Source of the DNA: Candidatus Krumholzibacteriota bacterium
GTDB lineage: Bacteria; Krumholzibacteriota; Krumholzibacteriia; JAJRXK01
Assembly: GCA_963764625.1 (NCBI GenBank)
Contig: CAVXTH010000001.1
Coordinates: 1 to 64,000, forward strand
Length of the DNA: 64,000 bases
Reading direction: 5' to 3'
Shown here: positions 61,420 through 64,000 of the stretch, in pieces
Layout of the letters: the number at the start of each line of letters is the position of its first letter
Position numbering within the stretch: position 1 is the first letter of the stretch
Notes under the pieces: generated by a model
Told to the model about the DNA's origin: nothing
Seen by the model: the letters and a program-made list of their open reading frames with translations, nothing else
Databases searched by the model: none
Translations under genes and position numbers: made by a program

Positions 61420-62337
61420 ATGCCCCCCTCCCGTACAGCCCTGGCCCATTCGCCGAGCTTTTGGCCACATCGGCCTCTGATCATGGGGATCGTGAACGTC
61501 ACCCCCGATTCGTTCAGCGACAGGGGCCGCCACTTCCACTGGGAGGACGCGGTCAGCTTCGGTCTGCGTCTGGCGGCCGAGGGCGCCGACCTCCTGGACA
61601 TCGGAGGCGAGAGCACGAGGCCCGGCGCCCCCGCCGTCGACACCGAGGAGGAGCTGAGGCGCGTGCTTCCGGTGGTGCGCGTTCTTTCCGGGGAGCTGAA
61701 GCTCCCCTTGAGCATCGACACGCGCAGAGCCGAGGTGGCACGAGGGGCCTTGAGCTGCGGAGCTCACTGGGTCAACGACGTGAGTGCCCTGCGTGACCCC
61801 GCCATGGCGCAGCTCGTGGCCGAGACCGGCGCCGGTCTCATCCTCATGCACATGCAAGGGGAGCCGGCCACCATGCAGAAGGATCCGCACTACCAGAACG
61901 CGGTCGCAGAGATCGCCGAGTTCCTGAAGAGCCGGGCGCTGATGGCTGAAGCGGCGGGCGTGGACCGCTCGCGCATCTGGCTGGATCCGGGGATCGGCTT
62001 CGGCAAGACGATCCAGCACAACCTGCAGATCTTCGCCGCCCTCGACCGTTTGGCGCAGCTGGGCTACCCTGTAGTTCTGGGAGCCAGCCGCAAGCGCTTC
62101 ATCGCTCAGCTCAACGAGGCGGCGCAGGTCCAGGACAGGCTCGCGGGCAGTTTGGCCGCAGCCGGTCTCTGTCTTCGCTTGCGTCGAAGCGTGATTCGCG
62201 TCCACGATGTGGCCGCGACGCGTCAGTACCTCACGGTGCGGCGCGCCCTTCAGGCCGGAGTGCCCCTGCCCTGGGAGCCTTCGGGACTGGATCGAATCGA
62301 AGAATACCCCGCTCCTTCGACGCACGAAGAGGAGTAG
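61420..62337 (+). CDS. folP: Dihydropteroate synthase
   Basis: MGIVNVTPDSFSD, DIGGESTRPGA, DPGIGFGK, SRKRF, IRVHDV. Confidence 0.95.
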   Translation: MPPSRTALAHSPSFWPHRPLIMGIVNVTPDSFSDRGRHFHWEDAVSFGLRLAAEGADLLDIGGESTRPGAPAVDTEEELRRVLPVVRVLSGELKLPLSIDTRRAEVARGALSCGAHWVNDVSALRDPAMAQLVAETGAGLILMHMQGEPATMQKDPHYQNAVAEIAEFLKSRALMAEAAGVDRSRIWLDPGIGFGKTIQHNLQIFAALDRLAQLGYPVVLGASRKRFIAQLNEAAQVQDRLAGSLAAAGLCLRLRRSVIRVHDVAATRQYLTVRRALQAGVPLPWEPSGLDRIEEYPAPSTHEEE

Positions 62338-62363
62338 GGCAAAACAGAATCAACACGAGGGAC

Positions 62364-63227
62364 TTGGAATTGGGTACGCTCCTGGAACTCTTGCGCAGCT
62401 ACTACATTCTGGATCTACTCGACATCCTCATCGTCGCGTTCCTGTTCTACCGCCTCTACCTGATCATCCGTGGCACCCGCGCGATCCAGATGTTCCTGGG
62501 GCTCGGCGTTTTGTTCCTCTTCTCCTCGCTCGCGCAGAGCTTCGGTCTCACGCTTCTGGATCGCATCATCGTGAGCCTGCAGACCGTGTGGCTCATCGGG
62601 TTCATCATCATCTTTCAGCCCGAACTGCGCCGCGCTCTCACCTATTTGGGACAGACCCGTTACCTGCGCCGCTTTCTGACCGAGAGCCGGCCGGAAATGG
62701 TGGACGAAATTCTCCTCACGGTGTCCAGGCTGCAGAAGGCGGGACTGGGCGCGATTCTGGTGCTGCAGCGTAACACCGGCCTCAAGACGCACGTGGAAAC
62801 CGGCACCGTCATCGACGCCAAGATCAGGGCCACCTTGTTGGAGACCATCTTTACTCCGCCGACTCCGCTGCACGACGGCGCGGTGATCTTGCAGCACGAC
62901 CGCATCGTCGCCGCCGGATGCATCTTGCCCCTGTCGCGCAACGAGCACCTGGCCTACACCCTGGGCACGCGGCATCGAGCCGCGCTGGGCATCACCGAGG
63001 AGAGCGACGCCCTGGCGATCGTGGTGAGCGAGGAGAACCGGCAGCTCAGCGTGGCCGAGGAGGGACGTCTGCGACGGCGTCTCAGCCTGGAGGATCTGGA
63101 AGCGGTGCTACTGGAGATCTACGGCCAGCCCGAGAGCCTGCCCAACCTGGCCGACGAGGAGCTGCGCCCCGACGACTCCCCCAGCGCCGAGCGCACTGAG
63201 CGCCCCGAACACCACCACACCCTCTAG
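62364..63227 (+). CDS. dacA: Diadenylate cyclase CdaA
   Basis: Three TM segments, FQPELRRAL, PLHDGA, GTRHRAA, VVSEE. Confidence 0.93.
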   Translation: MELGTLLELLRSYYILDLLDILIVAFLFYRLYLIIRGTRAIQMFLGLGVLFLFSSLAQSFGLTLLDRIIVSLQTVWLIGFIIIFQPELRRALTYLGQTRYLRRFLTESRPEMVDEILLTVSRLQKAGLGAILVLQRNTGLKTHVETGTVIDAKIRATLLETIFTPPTPLHDGAVILQHDRIVAAGCILPLSRNEHLAYTLGTRHRAALGITEESDALAIVVSEENRQLSVAEEGRLRRRLSLEDLEAVLLEIYGQPESLPNLADEELRPDDSPSAERTERPEHHHTL

Positions 63228-63598
63228 GGCGAGCTTTCCTGCCCCTCGGGCTCGACGCCGGCGGAGAGCCCCCGGCATCGAAGAGCCGCTCCGCCGACCC
63301 GAGGAGCGACCCGGCGGGCGCACCGACCCCGCCGTCCGCTCGACCTCTTGAACCGCTCCAACGCGTGGGGCAGGCGATCCGCAGGGCGAAGGCACCCCAG
63401 CGCCACCGGCCTGCGCCCCGCCAGGAGTGCAGACCCGAGGCCAGAGCGGACAGCGAGCCGCGCGTGAATGTATAACGCGTTGTATTTAAATACGTTAAAG
63501 CGGCAACCCAGGAGCCAGTCTGGAGGCCGGGCCCCGCGGGGGAGCTGACAACCTCTGCTTGCGGAGGCGGATTGTCCCTGAAACGGGACAGCTTGAGT

Positions 63599-64000
63599 TC
63601 AGTCCTTCAGCCAGGTGGGAAGGGCGACCGTCTGCTCCTGCAAGAGCTTCACGAAGACGGCCACCGTGTCCGGACAGAACTGGGTGCGCGCCTTGGTCGA
63701 GAGATGCCAGATGGCCTCCTTCAGGCCCATCCCCTCGCTGTAGGTGCGGTTGGAGGTCATGGCGTCGAAGGAGTCGGCCACGGTGACGATGCGCGCTCCC
63801 AAACTGATCTCCTCACCCTTGAGGTGATCAGGATACCCCTCACCGTCCCAGCGCTCGTGGTGGTGACGCACCATCTTGCGCGCCTGTTTCAAGAAGAGAA
63901 TCTTGCGCAGGATCCGGTCCCCCATGGCGGGGTGCTCCTTCATGATCTCCAGTTCCTCGTCGGTGAGGCGGCCCGGTTTGTTCAGGATTCCCTCGTGGAT
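63599..64000 (-). CDS. HD-GYP phosphodiesterase domain protein, 3' part only
   Basis: LNKPGRLT..EHP, HHERWDGEGYP, ARIVTVADSFDAMTS. Confidence 0.9.
   Translation of the reverse strand: MHEGILNKPGRLTDEELEIMKEHPAMGDRILRKILFLKQARKMVRHHHERWDGEGYPDHLKGEEISLGARIVTVADSFDAMTSNRTYSEGMGLKEAIWHLSTKARTQFCPDTVAVFVKLLQEQTVALPTWLKD

Noticed and set aside
63228-63598. c-di-AMP, c-di-GMP or SAM riboswitch
   Set aside because: The region lies between convergent genes, and the conserved core motifs could not be matched.

Overview
GC-rich bacterial chromosomal window. Three C-terminal FlgD-Ig/T9SS-like domains and a C-terminal TWGxLKxxY motif suggest an FCB-related candidate phylum such as Krumholzibacteriota, Latescibacterota or Eisenbacteria (inference). 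Mostly housekeeping: four tRNAs (Asn, Glu, Gln, Met-CAT), putP, ogt, an Mrp-type antiporter operon with three MrpD paralogs, polX, pilT, a complete Rrf2-sufCBD-Rieske-sufS-sufU-sufT operon, fdx-def-DUF309-mqnE-M48, fusA, glnS, gltX, a Yip1/MFP/MacB-type exporter, ilvC, tilS-ftsH-folP-dacA and a partial HD-GYP gene. Several genes carry single-base frameshifts, probably long-read assembly errors. The most interesting locus (42.3-48.5 kb) lies between tRNA-Glu/glnS and tRNA-Gln/gltX. It is a CRISPR-free module of ECF sigma factor, membrane anti-sigma, an apparently exported and membrane-anchored TPR-CHAT (caspase-like) protease, and an operon encoding a small CTD-bearing protein plus a tail-fibre-like S74 protein. 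The sigma gene and this operon share a GGAAAT-N16/17-CGT promoter-like motif. No CRISPR array, rRNA, integrase or transposase was seen. All calls come from motif recognition by eye; no database search was run.
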